From Candidatus Limnocylindrales bacterium (GTDB lineage: Bacteria; Chloroflexota; Limnocylindria; Limnocylindrales; CSP1-4): a stretch of DNA of 64,000 nt. Positions 37,253 through 45,568 of the stretch are shown one piece after another. Below the pieces are notes generated by a model, which did not search any database, was not told the DNA's origin, and saw only the letters and a program-made list of their open reading frames with translations. How positions within the stretch are numbered: the first letter of the stretch is position 1; each line of letters begins with the position of its first letter. The stretch spans positions 5,652 through 69,651 of the forward strand of contig JBBQMH010000003.1 of assembly GCA_038328755.1 (NCBI GenBank), read 5' to 3'. The position numbers and the translations under genes were made by a program.

Positions 37253-39754
37253 TCAGCTCCGGATGCGGCCGCCGGCCGCAACGACGGCCCCTTGCACGGC
37301 GGCAACGGCCGATTCGATCTCATCATCCGAGAGCGTCCGCTCCGCCTCGAACAGTAGTCGGTAGGCCAGGCTCCGCTCGCCCGTTGCCAGCGGTTGCCCG
37401 CGGTAGATATCGAAGAGACGGACACCGTGGAGCAGGTCGCCCCCGCTCCGCCAGATCATCCGATCCACATCTCCAGCCGGGACGGACTCGCCCATCACGA
37501 TGGCCACATCTCGCTCGACCACCGGGAACCGTCCGGGCATCACGCCGCGAGGGACCGGGAGGGAGCCGCGTGAAAGGCCCGCGATCGACAGTTCTGCGAT
37601 CAGCACGCCGACCATTCGCTCGTCATCGGCAGCGGCTCTGCCAGGATGGACTTCACCGAGCAGTCCACTGATCGCCAGGCGCCCCCGATCGTCCATGACC
37701 GAAACCCGCGCTGCTCGCCCGGGATGGAGGGCGGGTTCAGTCCGGACTGTGGTGTACGTCGGTGCCGAAAGCCGAAGCAGACCGCACAGCTCCTCGATGA
37801 TTCCCTTGATGTCATCCAGATCGGCCACACGGCGCGGGCGGTTCCAGGCTGGGACATCGAACGCCCCCGCGAGGGCGATCCCAAGCCGCCACCACTCGTG
37901 CGCCACGTCGCCCACGCGACCGTAGCCCTTGCCGACCTCGAACAAGGCCAGATCATCCTGGCCACGACGTCGATTCGAGGCGATCGTTGCCAGCAACCCG
38001 CCCACGAGCCCCTGGCGGAGGACGGCATGATCCATCGACAGCGGGTTGGTGACGGTGATCGGCTCGCCCGCTGCAGCGTCCTCACCGTCCGCCGGCTCCC
38101 CAGGATTCACCCACGCCCACCGCTCCACCTGGGTCCGGTCGACCAGTGCGTGGGCCACCACCTCGCGAAGTCCATGGCCTGCCAGCGCCGTCCTGACCGC
38201 GTCGCGCAGTGCGAGCGGTGACCGCCGGTAGGGTGGCATCGGGGTCGCGGGCAATGTGGCGGGGATCAGGTCGTAGCCATGCACCCGTGCCAGCTCCTCG
38301 ACGATATCCGCCTCGATGGCAAGATCCCGCCGCCAGCTCGGAATGACGGCGACCAGGACATCGGCCGCGGGAGTGGGCACGTCGAGCGGAGTGGAACCGC
38401 GCGCGATCGGCACCGCCACTGGAGCAGCCGAGGGAGTCGGCGACTCGACGGCAATCCCGACTCGTTCCAGCAGCGACGCCTGTGTCGCGTTCGGCAAGTC
38501 GATCCCGAGAAGCCGACCGACCTGCGCGGGCCGGAACGGCACGCGGTCTGGCGCGGGCTCGTCGGGCGCGGTATCGATCCTCCCCGGCGCGCTTTGGCCC
38601 CCAGCCCACTCGCCAAGGAGTTGGGCCGTTCGGTCGGCGCCGAGCCTCGCGAGCCGGAACTCCTGGCCCTTCTCGAACCGAAGACTGGCCTCGGATCGCA
38701 GCGCGTAATGGAAGGCGGTACGTCGGATGCTGGCCGGGTCGAAGATGGCCGATTCGACAATCACGTCGGAGGTTCCCGCGTGGACCTCGGAAGCGGCGCC
38801 GCCCATGACGCCCGCGATCGCGAGAGGCCCGTCGGTGCCAGCGATCAAGAGGGTCTTGGAGTCGAGCGTCCGGTCGACATGATCGAGCGTCATGAGGTGC
38901 TCGTCGGCTGTCGCCAGCCGGACCTCCAGGCGGCCATCCCGGACGCTGGCGGCATCAAACGTATGGATCGGCTTTCCGAGTTCGAGCATCACGTAGTTCG
39001 AGGCATCGACGACGTTGCTGATCGGCCGGACGCCGGCTGCCAGGAGCCGCATCTGGACCCAATCCGGCGACGGTCCGACGCGTACGCCCTCGACCCAGCG
39101 CCCGACGAACCTCGTGCACAGGACGGCATCCCGGACGTCAACCGTCAGATGGTCATGCACCGGGGCTCCGCGCTCGGTGACCTCGATCGTCGGCATCCGG
39201 ATGGGTGCCCCGGTGATGGCCGAGATCTCGCGGGCAAGTCCGAGAATCGACAGTGCATCGCCGCGGTTGGGCTTCACGTCGATATCCAGGACCGTGTCCC
39301 CGTAGAGATCGGTCAACCGGCTTCCGATCGGCGTCGCTGCGGGAAGGATCAGGATCCCGTCGCCGTCGCTGGTGATTCCAAGTTCCTCGCCGGAGCAGAG
39401 CATGCCGTTGCTCACCACGCCCATCTTCTCGGTTCGCTCGATCCGCCGGTCGCCTGGCAGAACGGCACCCGGCAGCGCCACGGGTACGCGCTGGCCGGGC
39501 GCGATGTTCGTCGCGCCGCACACGATCGACAGTGGTCCCCCTGATCCGACCGAAACGGTCGTCAGGGAGAGTCGGTCGGCGCGCGGGTGCTTCTCCACGG
39601 TGAGCAGTTCACCGACGACGACGTTTCGCCAGTCACCCCCGCGCGATTCGACGGCCCGAACCTCCATGCCCAGCAGCGTCAGGCGAGTCGCAAGCGCGTC
39701 GGACGTGAGATCGATATCGACGAATTCGGCCAGCCAGGACAGGGGCGCCTTCAT
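37253..39754 (-). CDS. pheT: phenylalanine--tRNA ligase beta subunit
   Basis: MKAPLSWLAEFVDIDL.. plus tRNA-binding, B3/B4, B5 and FDX-ACB domains. ATG 39754 overlaps the pheS stop (ATGA). The ORF-track extension to 40312 lies inside pheS. Confidence 0.96.
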   Translation of the reverse strand: MKAPLSWLAEFVDIDLTSDALATRLTLLGMEVRAVESRGGDWRNVVVGELLTVEKHPRADRLSLTTVSVGSGGPLSIVCGATNIAPGQRVPVALPGAVLPGDRRIERTEKMGVVSNGMLCSGEELGITSDGDGILILPAATPIGSRLTDLYGDTVLDIDVKPNRGDALSILGLAREISAITGAPIRMPTIEVTERGAPVHDHLTVDVRDAVLCTRFVGRWVEGVRVGPSPDWVQMRLLAAGVRPISNVVDASNYVMLELGKPIHTFDAASVRDGRLEVRLATADEHLMTLDHVDRTLDSKTLLIAGTDGPLAIAGVMGGAASEVHAGTSDVIVESAIFDPASIRRTAFHYALRSEASLRFEKGQEFRLARLGADRTAQLLGEWAGGQSAPGRIDTAPDEPAPDRVPFRPAQVGRLLGIDLPNATQASLLERVGIAVESPTPSAAPVAVPIARGSTPLDVPTPAADVLVAVIPSWRRDLAIEADIVEELARVHGYDLIPATLPATPMPPYRRSPLALRDAVRTALAGHGLREVVAHALVDRTQVERWAWVNPGEPADGEDAAAGEPITVTNPLSMDHAVLRQGLVGGLLATIASNRRRGQDDLALFEVGKGYGRVGDVAHEWWRLGIALAGAFDVPAWNRPRRVADLDDIKGIIEELCGLLRLSAPTYTTVRTEPALHPGRAARVSVMDDRGRLAISGLLGEVHPGRAAADDERMVGVLIAELSIAGLSRGSLPVPRGVMPGRFPVVERDVAIVMGESVPAGDVDRMIWRSGGDLLHGVRLFDIYRGQPLATGERSLAYRLLFEAERTLSDDEIESAVAAVQGAVVAAGGRIRS

Positions 39755-40791
39755 CGGAGCGGCTCCAGGAAGCGGACGTCGTTGTCCAGGAACAGGCGCA
39801 GATCCGTGATCCCGTGCTTGAGCATCGAGATCCGCTCCGGGCCCATTCCAAAGGCGAAGCCCTGGTAGCGTTCCGGATCCAGTCCCCCGTACTGCAGAAC
39901 GACCGGGTGGACCATTCCCGCACCCAGGATCGTCATCCAGCCGCTGCGACCACAGGCAGGACAGCCCGGACCGCCGCACACGAGGCACTCCACGTCGAAC
40001 GCTACGGATGGCTCGGTGAACGGGTAGTAGCCGGGACGGAACCGCGTCTTTCGCCCCTCGCCGAACATCGCGGCGACGAACTGGTCCAGGAGTCCCCTGA
40101 GATCTGCCAGCGTGGTTCCCTCGTCGATCATGAGCCCCTCCACCTGGAAGAACTCGAACCCGTGCGAGGCATCGACCGATTCGTAGCGGAAGCAGCGCCC
40201 GGGCAGCAGCGCGCGGATGGGTGGCTTCATGGACCGCATGACATGGATCTGTCCAGGCGAGGTATGCGTCCGGAGCAGCCGACCAGGCATGTCGACGTAG
40301 AGCGTGTCCCACAGGTCCCTGGCCGGGTGGTCCGGTGGAATGTTGAGCATCTGGAAGTTCGTCTGGTCGTCCTCGATCTCGGGACTCTCATGGACCACGA
40401 AGCCGAACTGCTCGAAGATCGACGCAATCTCGCCCATGGCCTCGATGCTTGGGTGCAGCGAGCCACCCCGAAGCGGCCGACCCGGGGTGGTGACGTCGAC
40501 CTGCTCCCGCTCCAGGCGGCTTGCGAGTTCCGAGGCGCTGAGGTCGCCCCGTCGTGCATTCAGGGCGCCCTCGATACTGCCCCTGACCGCATTCGCCACG
40601 GCCCCGACCCGCGGACGGTCGTCCGGTGGCAAGGATCCGATCCCCCGGAGCACGCCGGTCAGTTCACCCTTCTTGCCGAGCAACGCGAGGTCCAGGACGT
40701 CCAGCGCAGCCGTATCCGGTGCCACCGATGCCGCAGCGAGCGCCCGGTCACGCAGGGCCTCGAGGTCGCGGGTCAGGTCAGCGAGTTCCAC
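39751..40791 (-). CDS. pheS: phenylalanine--tRNA ligase alpha subunit
   Basis: Has ..HPARDLWDTLY.., ..RTHTSPGQI.., ..FRPGYYPFTEPS.. and ..GFAFGMGPERI.. (class II motifs). Confidence 0.97.
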   Translation of the reverse strand: MELADLTRDLEALRDRALAAASVAPDTAALDVLDLALLGKKGELTGVLRGIGSLPPDDRPRVGAVANAVRGSIEGALNARRGDLSASELASRLEREQVDVTTPGRPLRGGSLHPSIEAMGEIASIFEQFGFVVHESPEIEDDQTNFQMLNIPPDHPARDLWDTLYVDMPGRLLRTHTSPGQIHVMRSMKPPIRALLPGRCFRYESVDASHGFEFFQVEGLMIDEGTTLADLRGLLDQFVAAMFGEGRKTRFRPGYYPFTEPSVAFDVECLVCGGPGCPACGRSGWMTILGAGMVHPVVLQYGGLDPERYQGFAFGMGPERISMLKHGITDLRLFLDNDVRFLEPLR

Positions 40792-40860
40792 GGCTTGGGA
40801 TGTGACTCCAGGTACGGCGAGGTCGATTGATGGTAGTGCGTCATGGCCCCTGAATCACGA

Positions 40861-40888
40861 GCCCTCGACAGTCCGGGACGTCGAGGGC
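40861..40888 (-). terminator. possible hairpin terminator after rplT
   Basis: Plus-strand GCCCTCGAC-agtccgggac-GTCGAGGGC (9-bp stem), 27 nt past the rplT stop on the minus strand. It is followed by TCGTGATTC, a weak U-tract. Confidence 0.3.
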
Positions 40889-40914
40889 TTCGCGGTCGAT
40901 GGCGGACTGCGGGA

Positions 40915-41265
40915 TCAGGCGCCCTTGACGGCCTCGACGATGCGTCCAAAGGTGGCAGCATCACGCACGGCAATGTCAGCCAGGACCTTGCGGTCCAGCT
41001 CGATGTTGGCGGCCTTGAGCCCGGCAATGAACCGCCCGTAGGGCATCCCGTTCGCGCGGACGGCCGCGTTGATCCGGATGATCCACAGCTCGCGGAAGTC
41101 CCGCTTTCGCTGCTTGCGGTCCCGGGTCGCGTAAGCGAGAGCGTGAAGCAGCGCCTCGCGTGCCGGTTTGATCAGGCGCGAGCGTGTCCCCTTGCGGCCT
41201 TCAGCCGCGTTGAGAAGGCGCTTGTGCCGCTTGTGGGCCGTGACGCCCCGCTTGACTCGAGCCAT
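40915..41265 (-). CDS. rplT: 50S ribosomal protein L20
   Basis: [42 protein letters not shown].. is unmistakable L20. Confidence 0.98.
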   Translation of the reverse strand: MARVKRGVTAHKRHKRLLNAAEGRKGTRSRLIKPAREALLHALAYATRDRKQRKRDFRELWIIRINAAVRANGMPYGRFIAGLKAANIELDRKVLADIAVRDAATFGRIVEAVKGA

Positions 41266-41280
41266 GAGTTCCTGATGCTC

Positions 41281-41478
41281 CTAGAGGTACGGGAGCAGGC
41301 GCCTGACCTGCTTCGCATGTGCGGCGTTCATGAGGGTCTTGCCGGCGTAGCGACGGGTACGGCGTGACGACTTGATTTCAAGGTGATGGCCGCGCCACGC
41401 ATTCACCCGGAACACCTTGCCGCTTCCGGTGGTGCCGATGCGCTTCTGGGCGGCCTTGTGGCTCTTCATCTTCGGCAC
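41281..41478 (-). CDS. rpmI: 50S ribosomal protein L35
   Basis: GTG 41478 gives (M)PKMKSHKAAQKRIGTTGSGKVFRVNAWRGHHLE.., the canonical L35 sequence. Confidence 0.95.
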   Translation of the reverse strand: MPKMKSHKAAQKRIGTTGSGKVFRVNAWRGHHLEIKSSRRTRRYAGKTLMNAAHAKQVRRLLPYL

Positions 41479-41485
41479 GGTGTCG

Positions 41486-42259
41486 TCACTCTCCCGTCGT
41501 TGCCGGCGCATCGGCCGGTGTTTCCGGCGCGGTCGCCGGTGTTTCCGGCGCGGTCGCCGGTGATGATGCTGGCACCGCCTGCTCGATCGCGGGCTTTGGT
41601 GCTGCGGTTCCCTTCTTCAGCGCAGTTGCGGGCTTCGCAGCTGCCGTTTCCGATTCCACCGCTCCGTCCGCTGGCACCACTGCCGGCGCCGGTGCTGCTC
41701 CGTCGTCGGTCGTTCGACCTGGCCTCGCGGGAGCATCCATCACCTTCGGCTTGTGGGTCGATGCCATCGTGATGAACATCGACTTGCCTTCGAGCAATGG
41801 CGTGCGTTCCGCGACTCCGTGATCCTTGACCTGATCGACAAACTTTGCGATGAGGTTCCGTCCCAGCTCCGGATGCGTCAGTTCACGCCCCCTGAACCGA
41901 ACCGTGACCTTGATGCGGTCTCCTTCCGAGAGGAATTCGACCGCGCGATTGACCTTCGTTTCGAAGTCGCCGATGCCGATCTTTGGCGAGAGGCGGACTT
42001 CCTTGAACGTTACCGAGCGCTGCCGGCGCTTGGCTTCCTTCTCCTTCTTGGTCAGATCGTACTTGTACTGACCGAAGTCGAGGAATTTCGTGACCGGTGG
42101 GGCCGCCATCGGTGCAACCTCGACCAGGTCGAGGCCGCGATCCTGCGCCATTTCGAGAGCCTGTGGTGTGGGCATCACACCCAACTGATTGCCCTCTTCG
42201 TCGATGACCCTCACCTGTGGGATACGGATCATCTGGTTTACGCGCAGATCTCGGCTGAT
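41486..42259 (-). CDS. infC: translation initiation factor IF-3 (probable ATC start, long A/P/T-rich tail)
   Basis: Has ISRDLRVNQMIRIPQVRVIDEEGNQLGVM.. and ..VRFRGRELTHPELG... GGAGGGG (42271-42265) lies 5 nt before ATC 42259. The ORF-track TTG at 42280 lies upstream of that SD. Confidence 0.9.
   Translation of the reverse strand: MSRDLRVNQMIRIPQVRVIDEEGNQLGVMPTPQALEMAQDRGLDLVEVAPMAAPPVTKFLDFGQYKYDLTKKEKEAKRRQRSVTFKEVRLSPKIGIGDFETKVNRAVEFLSEGDRIKVTVRFRGRELTHPELGRNLIAKFVDQVKDHGVAERTPLLEGKSMFITMASTHKPKVMDAPARPGRTTDDGAAPAPAVVPADGAVESETAAAKPATALKKGTAAPKPAIEQAVPASSPATAPETPATAPETPADAPATTGE
41513..41562. repeat. 21-bp tandem repeat, 2.4 copies, inside the infC 3' end
   Basis: Plus-strand GGCCGGTGTTTCCGGCGCGGT / CGCCGGTGTTTCCGGCGCGGT / CGCCGGTG. 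It encodes the PATAPET-PATAPET repeat in the IF-3 tail. Confidence 0.9.
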
Positions 42260-42330
42260 GGTGACCCCTCCAGAACTCAAACACTATCGAATGCGGACAC
42301 GGCAGCGCCCGGGCCTCCGGCCGCCGCGGG

Positions 42331-42360
42331 ACTATACCACGGGCTTTCCGGGACGGGCAA
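42331..42360 (-). promoter_or_regulatory. putative infC-rpmI-rplT promoter (extended -10)
   Basis: Minus strand: TTGCCC (42360-42355), 18 nt, then TGgTATAGT (-10 at 42336-42331). It lies between the thrS stop and infC, about 70 nt upstream of the infC start. Confidence 0.45.
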
Positions 42361-42371
42361 CGACGCGCCGA

Positions 42372-44201
42372 TCAGTCGGGGCCCCTGGCGGCCGCCTCCT
42401 GCGCGAGGCGGTCCGCCAGGCCGTCCCAAGCCTCCGCAGGCTGTTGCTCCCCGGCTCTGGTCCGGGGAGCAGCCGTTCTCGCCTCGACTTCGCGATCACC
42501 GAGGACGAGCATGTACGGCACTTTCTGTTCCTGGGCGAGCCGGATCTTGTTCTGCATCCGATTGTCCGACGCATCGACGTCGACGCGAAGGCCGCGCGAG
42601 CGGAGCACGCCGGCCAGCTCCTCGGCCGGCGCCACATGGCGATCTGCGATCGGGATGACGACGGCCTGCACCGGGGCGACCCACAGCGGGAAGGCACCGG
42701 CGAAGTGCTCGATCAGGATGCCCATGAACCGCTCGAGGCTGCCATACACGGCCCGGTGGATGGCGATCGGGCGCTGCTGCTTGCCTTCGTCGTCGATGTA
42801 ATGCAGATCGAAGCGTTCGGGCAGCATCGTCAGGTCGATCTGGATCGTCGCCATCTGCCACTCGCGGCCGAGGGCGTCGTCGATGTAGATGTCGATCTTG
42901 GGCGCGTAGAACGTGCCGTCCTTCGGCTTCAGGACATAGCTGATATCCGAGGCCGCGAACGCCTCCATCGTCAACCGCTCGGCGCGCTCCCAGAGCGCCG
43001 GGTCGCCGATGGCCTTGTCCGGCTTCGTCGCGAACGTGAACCGGGGCTGCAGGCCAAACCACGAGTAGGCCTCGCGGACCTCGCCGAGCAGGGCCTGGAT
43101 CTCGTCCATGAGCTGGTCCGGCCGGACGTAGATGTGGGCGTCGTCCTGCACGAACTGGCGCACCCGCGTCAGTCCTGACAACGTCCCTGACCGCTCGTTA
43201 CGGTGGAGTCGGCCGTACTCGGCGTAGCGCAGGGGCAGATCGCGATACGACCGGAGCTTCGAGCGGTAGATGTACGTCGACTCGGGGCAGTTCATCGGCT
43301 TGAGGCTGAAGGTCTGGTTCTCGGACTCGACGAGGAACATGTTGTCCTTGTAGAGATCCCAGTGGCCCGATTGCTGCCACAGCCGCTCGCTGACCACCAT
43401 CGGCGTCGCGACCTCCTGGTAGCCGCGCCGGTCCTGAAGCTTGCGCATTGCTGCCTCGAGCGTGCGCCAGATGCGCTGGCCCTTCGGATGGAAGAACGGC
43501 GCGCCCGGCGAGACGTCGTGGAAGCTGAACAGGTCGAGCTGCGTGCCGAGGCGCCGATGGTCGCGCTTGCGGGCCTCTTCGCGCCGCCACAGGAACTGGT
43601 CGAGATCCGCCTGGTTGGACCAGACCGTGCCGTAGATGCGCTGGAGCATCGGCCGCTTGTCATCGCCGCGCCAGTACGCGCCTGCGACCGACAGCAGCTT
43701 GAATGGACCGATCTTCCCGGTTGTCGCGACATGCGGGCCCTTGCACAGGTCACTGAACGAACCATGCTCGAAGAAGGACGTGATGGGCGGCGCCTCGCCG
43801 GTCGCCGCGGCTCGAGTCGCGAGGTCGTCGAGAATTTCGACCTTGTAGACCTGGTCCTGGCCCGCCGCCACGGACCGCGCGTCGTCGAGGGAGACCTCGC
43901 GCCGGACGAACGGGTGGTCAGCGGCGATGCTCTCTCGCATCCGTGCCTCGATTGACTCGAGGTCATCCGGTGTCAACGGCCTGGGTAGATCGAAGTCGTA
44001 GTAGAAGCCGTCCGTGATGGCCGGCCCGATGCCGAGCCTGGCGCCCGGAAACAGGTCCAGCACGGCCTCGGCCATGACATGGGCGGACGAATGCCGCATG
44101 GCGTCGAGTTCGCCCAACGCGCCGGCGTCGAGCAGCTCGTCTGCGGAGCCCCGGATTGGAGCGTCGAGAATGTCGTCGTCCTGGATCGGCGCTTCAGCCA
44201 T
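42372..44201 (-). CDS. thrS: threonine--tRNA ligase (no TGS domain)
   Basis: ATG 44201 follows AGGAGG. Has the editing-domain HSSAH and CKGPH, then ..RDHRRLGTQLDLFSF.., class II motifs and an anticodon-binding domain. 609 aa. Confidence 0.95.
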   Translation of the reverse strand: MAEAPIQDDDILDAPIRGSADELLDAGALGELDAMRHSSAHVMAEAVLDLFPGARLGIGPAITDGFYYDFDLPRPLTPDDLESIEARMRESIAADHPFVRREVSLDDARSVAAGQDQVYKVEILDDLATRAAATGEAPPITSFFEHGSFSDLCKGPHVATTGKIGPFKLLSVAGAYWRGDDKRPMLQRIYGTVWSNQADLDQFLWRREEARKRDHRRLGTQLDLFSFHDVSPGAPFFHPKGQRIWRTLEAAMRKLQDRRGYQEVATPMVVSERLWQQSGHWDLYKDNMFLVESENQTFSLKPMNCPESTYIYRSKLRSYRDLPLRYAEYGRLHRNERSGTLSGLTRVRQFVQDDAHIYVRPDQLMDEIQALLGEVREAYSWFGLQPRFTFATKPDKAIGDPALWERAERLTMEAFAASDISYVLKPKDGTFYAPKIDIYIDDALGREWQMATIQIDLTMLPERFDLHYIDDEGKQQRPIAIHRAVYGSLERFMGILIEHFAGAFPLWVAPVQAVVIPIADRHVAPAEELAGVLRSRGLRVDVDASDNRMQNKIRLAQEQKVPYMLVLGDREVEARTAAPRTRAGEQQPAEAWDGLADRLAQEAAARGPD

Positions 44202-44204
44202 CGT

Positions 44205-44445
44205 GGTGCCTCCTGGAAACACAAAACCTCCCGTCCGACAGGACGAGAGGTCGATCCTCCCGCGGTTCCACCCGCCTTCGCGATCAGCTACCGCTGCTCG
44301 CACGCTTGAGCCGCGTTAACGGGCGGACCCGGGCCGGTTCGCCGGCCGCTCACGGGTGGTGTCTTCGCTCGACGCACCGCCGGACTCACAGCCACGATCC
44401 GGCTCTCTGAATGTGACGCCGCGGGAGACCTGTCCCGATCCTCGC
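44205..44445 (-). promoter_or_regulatory. T-box leader (tRNA-Thr-sensing riboswitch) of thrS
   Basis: Minus-strand order: AGAGAG box (44408-44403), a GAA-GAC-ACC-ACC-C specifier-like loop (ACC at 44360-44355), the T-box sequence GGGUGGAACCGCGGGAGG (44273-44256), a terminator hairpin, then the SD. Confidence 0.8.
44213..44250 (-). terminator. intrinsic terminator of the thrS T-box leader
   Basis: Minus strand: CCUCUCGUCC-uguc-GGACGGGAGG (10-bp stem with one G-U pair) followed by UUUUGUGUUU. The 5' stem strand overlaps the 3' end of the T-box motif, the classic antiterminator/terminator competition. Confidence 0.7.
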
Positions 44446-44477
44446 TTTGCTATGCCACGGCACCAAAGGTGACGTGC

Positions 44478-44554
44478 TGGTGGGCGGTACTGGACTCGAA
44501 CCAGTGGCCTCATGCATGTCAAGCATGTGCTCTAACCAACTGAGCTAACCGCCC
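44478..44554 (-). tRNA. tRNA-Val (anticodon GAC), CCA encoded
   Basis: The reverse complement folds as GGGCGGU-UA-GCUC/AGUUGGUUA/GAGC-A-CAUGC/UUGACAU/GCAUG-AGGCC-ACUGG/UUCGAGU/CCAGU-ACCGCCC-A-CCA. 77 nt, a perfect cloverleaf. Confidence 0.93.
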
Positions 44555-44694
44555 GCGGCCGAGAAGGTTAGCACAGGATCCGGGGCGATCTCGAGGGTGC
44601 GAGGGCGGCGCCCGGACGTGATCTGATCCGCCGCTCCTGGCGGCCGTAATCGGCCTGACAGACAGTCGACCGCTTCCGGCGCCATCATGGCCCT

Positions 44695-45567
44695 GTGAAC
44701 GACCCGGCCTCCTACGAACTGATCGATGTTGGGCGCGGCCGGCGCCTCGAGGCGTTCGGCTCGCTCCTCGTGGATCGACCGGCGCCGGGAGCGGTCGGGC
44801 CGCCGCGGGATCCTCCTCGCTGGTCTTCGGCGTTGACGTACCGCGCGGGCCGTGGCTGGGCGACTTCCGAAGGCGAACGCCCCTCACAGAACGAGGCGGA
44901 TGTCCAGCTGGCCGGGGTCACGATGCGCGCCCATCTCGGAGGTGGCGGACAAGTCGGGGTCTTTCCCGAACATGCCGTCAACGCTGCATGGCTGCGCTCG
45001 TCGATCGCATCCCGCGGCGCCGATAACGCACCCGTGGAGGTGTTGAACCTGTTCGCCCACACGGGTCTCCTCACGCTCGTGGCTGCAGGGGCCGGTGCTT
45101 CGGTGGTCCACGTGGACTCCTCCCGCCCGGCCGTTGCCGCTGCCCGGCACAACGCCTCGTTGTCAGACCTCGACGATCGACCGGTACGCTGGATCGTCGA
45201 CGACGCCGCCGGATTCGTTCGTCGCGAGCATCGTCGCGGAAAGAGGTACGCGGGGTTCATCCTGGACCCGCCGACCTACGGACACGGAGGCCGGGATCAC
45301 GGGGCGCATGGATGGCAGTTCGAGACCGGGATCGAGCCACTGATCGAGGCCTGCCATGCGATCGCTGCACCCGACGCGTTCTGGATCCTGAGTACGCACA
45401 CTTCCGGCTGGGATGGGGCCCGGCTTGCGGGCTTGCTCGGCGATGGCGCCGGGTCGGACGGCCAGGGAATCCACTCCCGCCCACTCGAGCTGCGAGCAGG
45501 ATCGGGTGCGGTCCTCCGGCTGGGTGCGGCCGCGCTGTTCGACCCGCTCCGTGCAAACTCCCGATGA
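44695..45567 (+). CDS. class I SAM-dependent methyltransferase (RlmI/RlmK-like, no PUA domain)
   Basis: Has ..VLNLFAHTGLLTLVAAGAGA.. (SAM-binding GxGxG-like), ..VHVDSS.. and ..FILDPPTYG.. (DPPxF/Y catalytic motif). GTG start. Confidence 0.75.
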   Translation: MNDPASYELIDVGRGRRLEAFGSLLVDRPAPGAVGPPRDPPRWSSALTYRAGRGWATSEGERPSQNEADVQLAGVTMRAHLGGGGQVGVFPEHAVNAAWLRSSIASRGADNAPVEVLNLFAHTGLLTLVAAGAGASVVHVDSSRPAVAAARHNASLSDLDDRPVRWIVDDAAGFVRREHRRGKRYAGFILDPPTYGHGGRDHGAHGWQFETGIEPLIEACHAIAAPDAFWILSTHTSGWDGARLAGLLGDGAGSDGQGIHSRPLELRAGSGAVLRLGAAALFDPLRANSR

Positions 45568-45568
45568 T

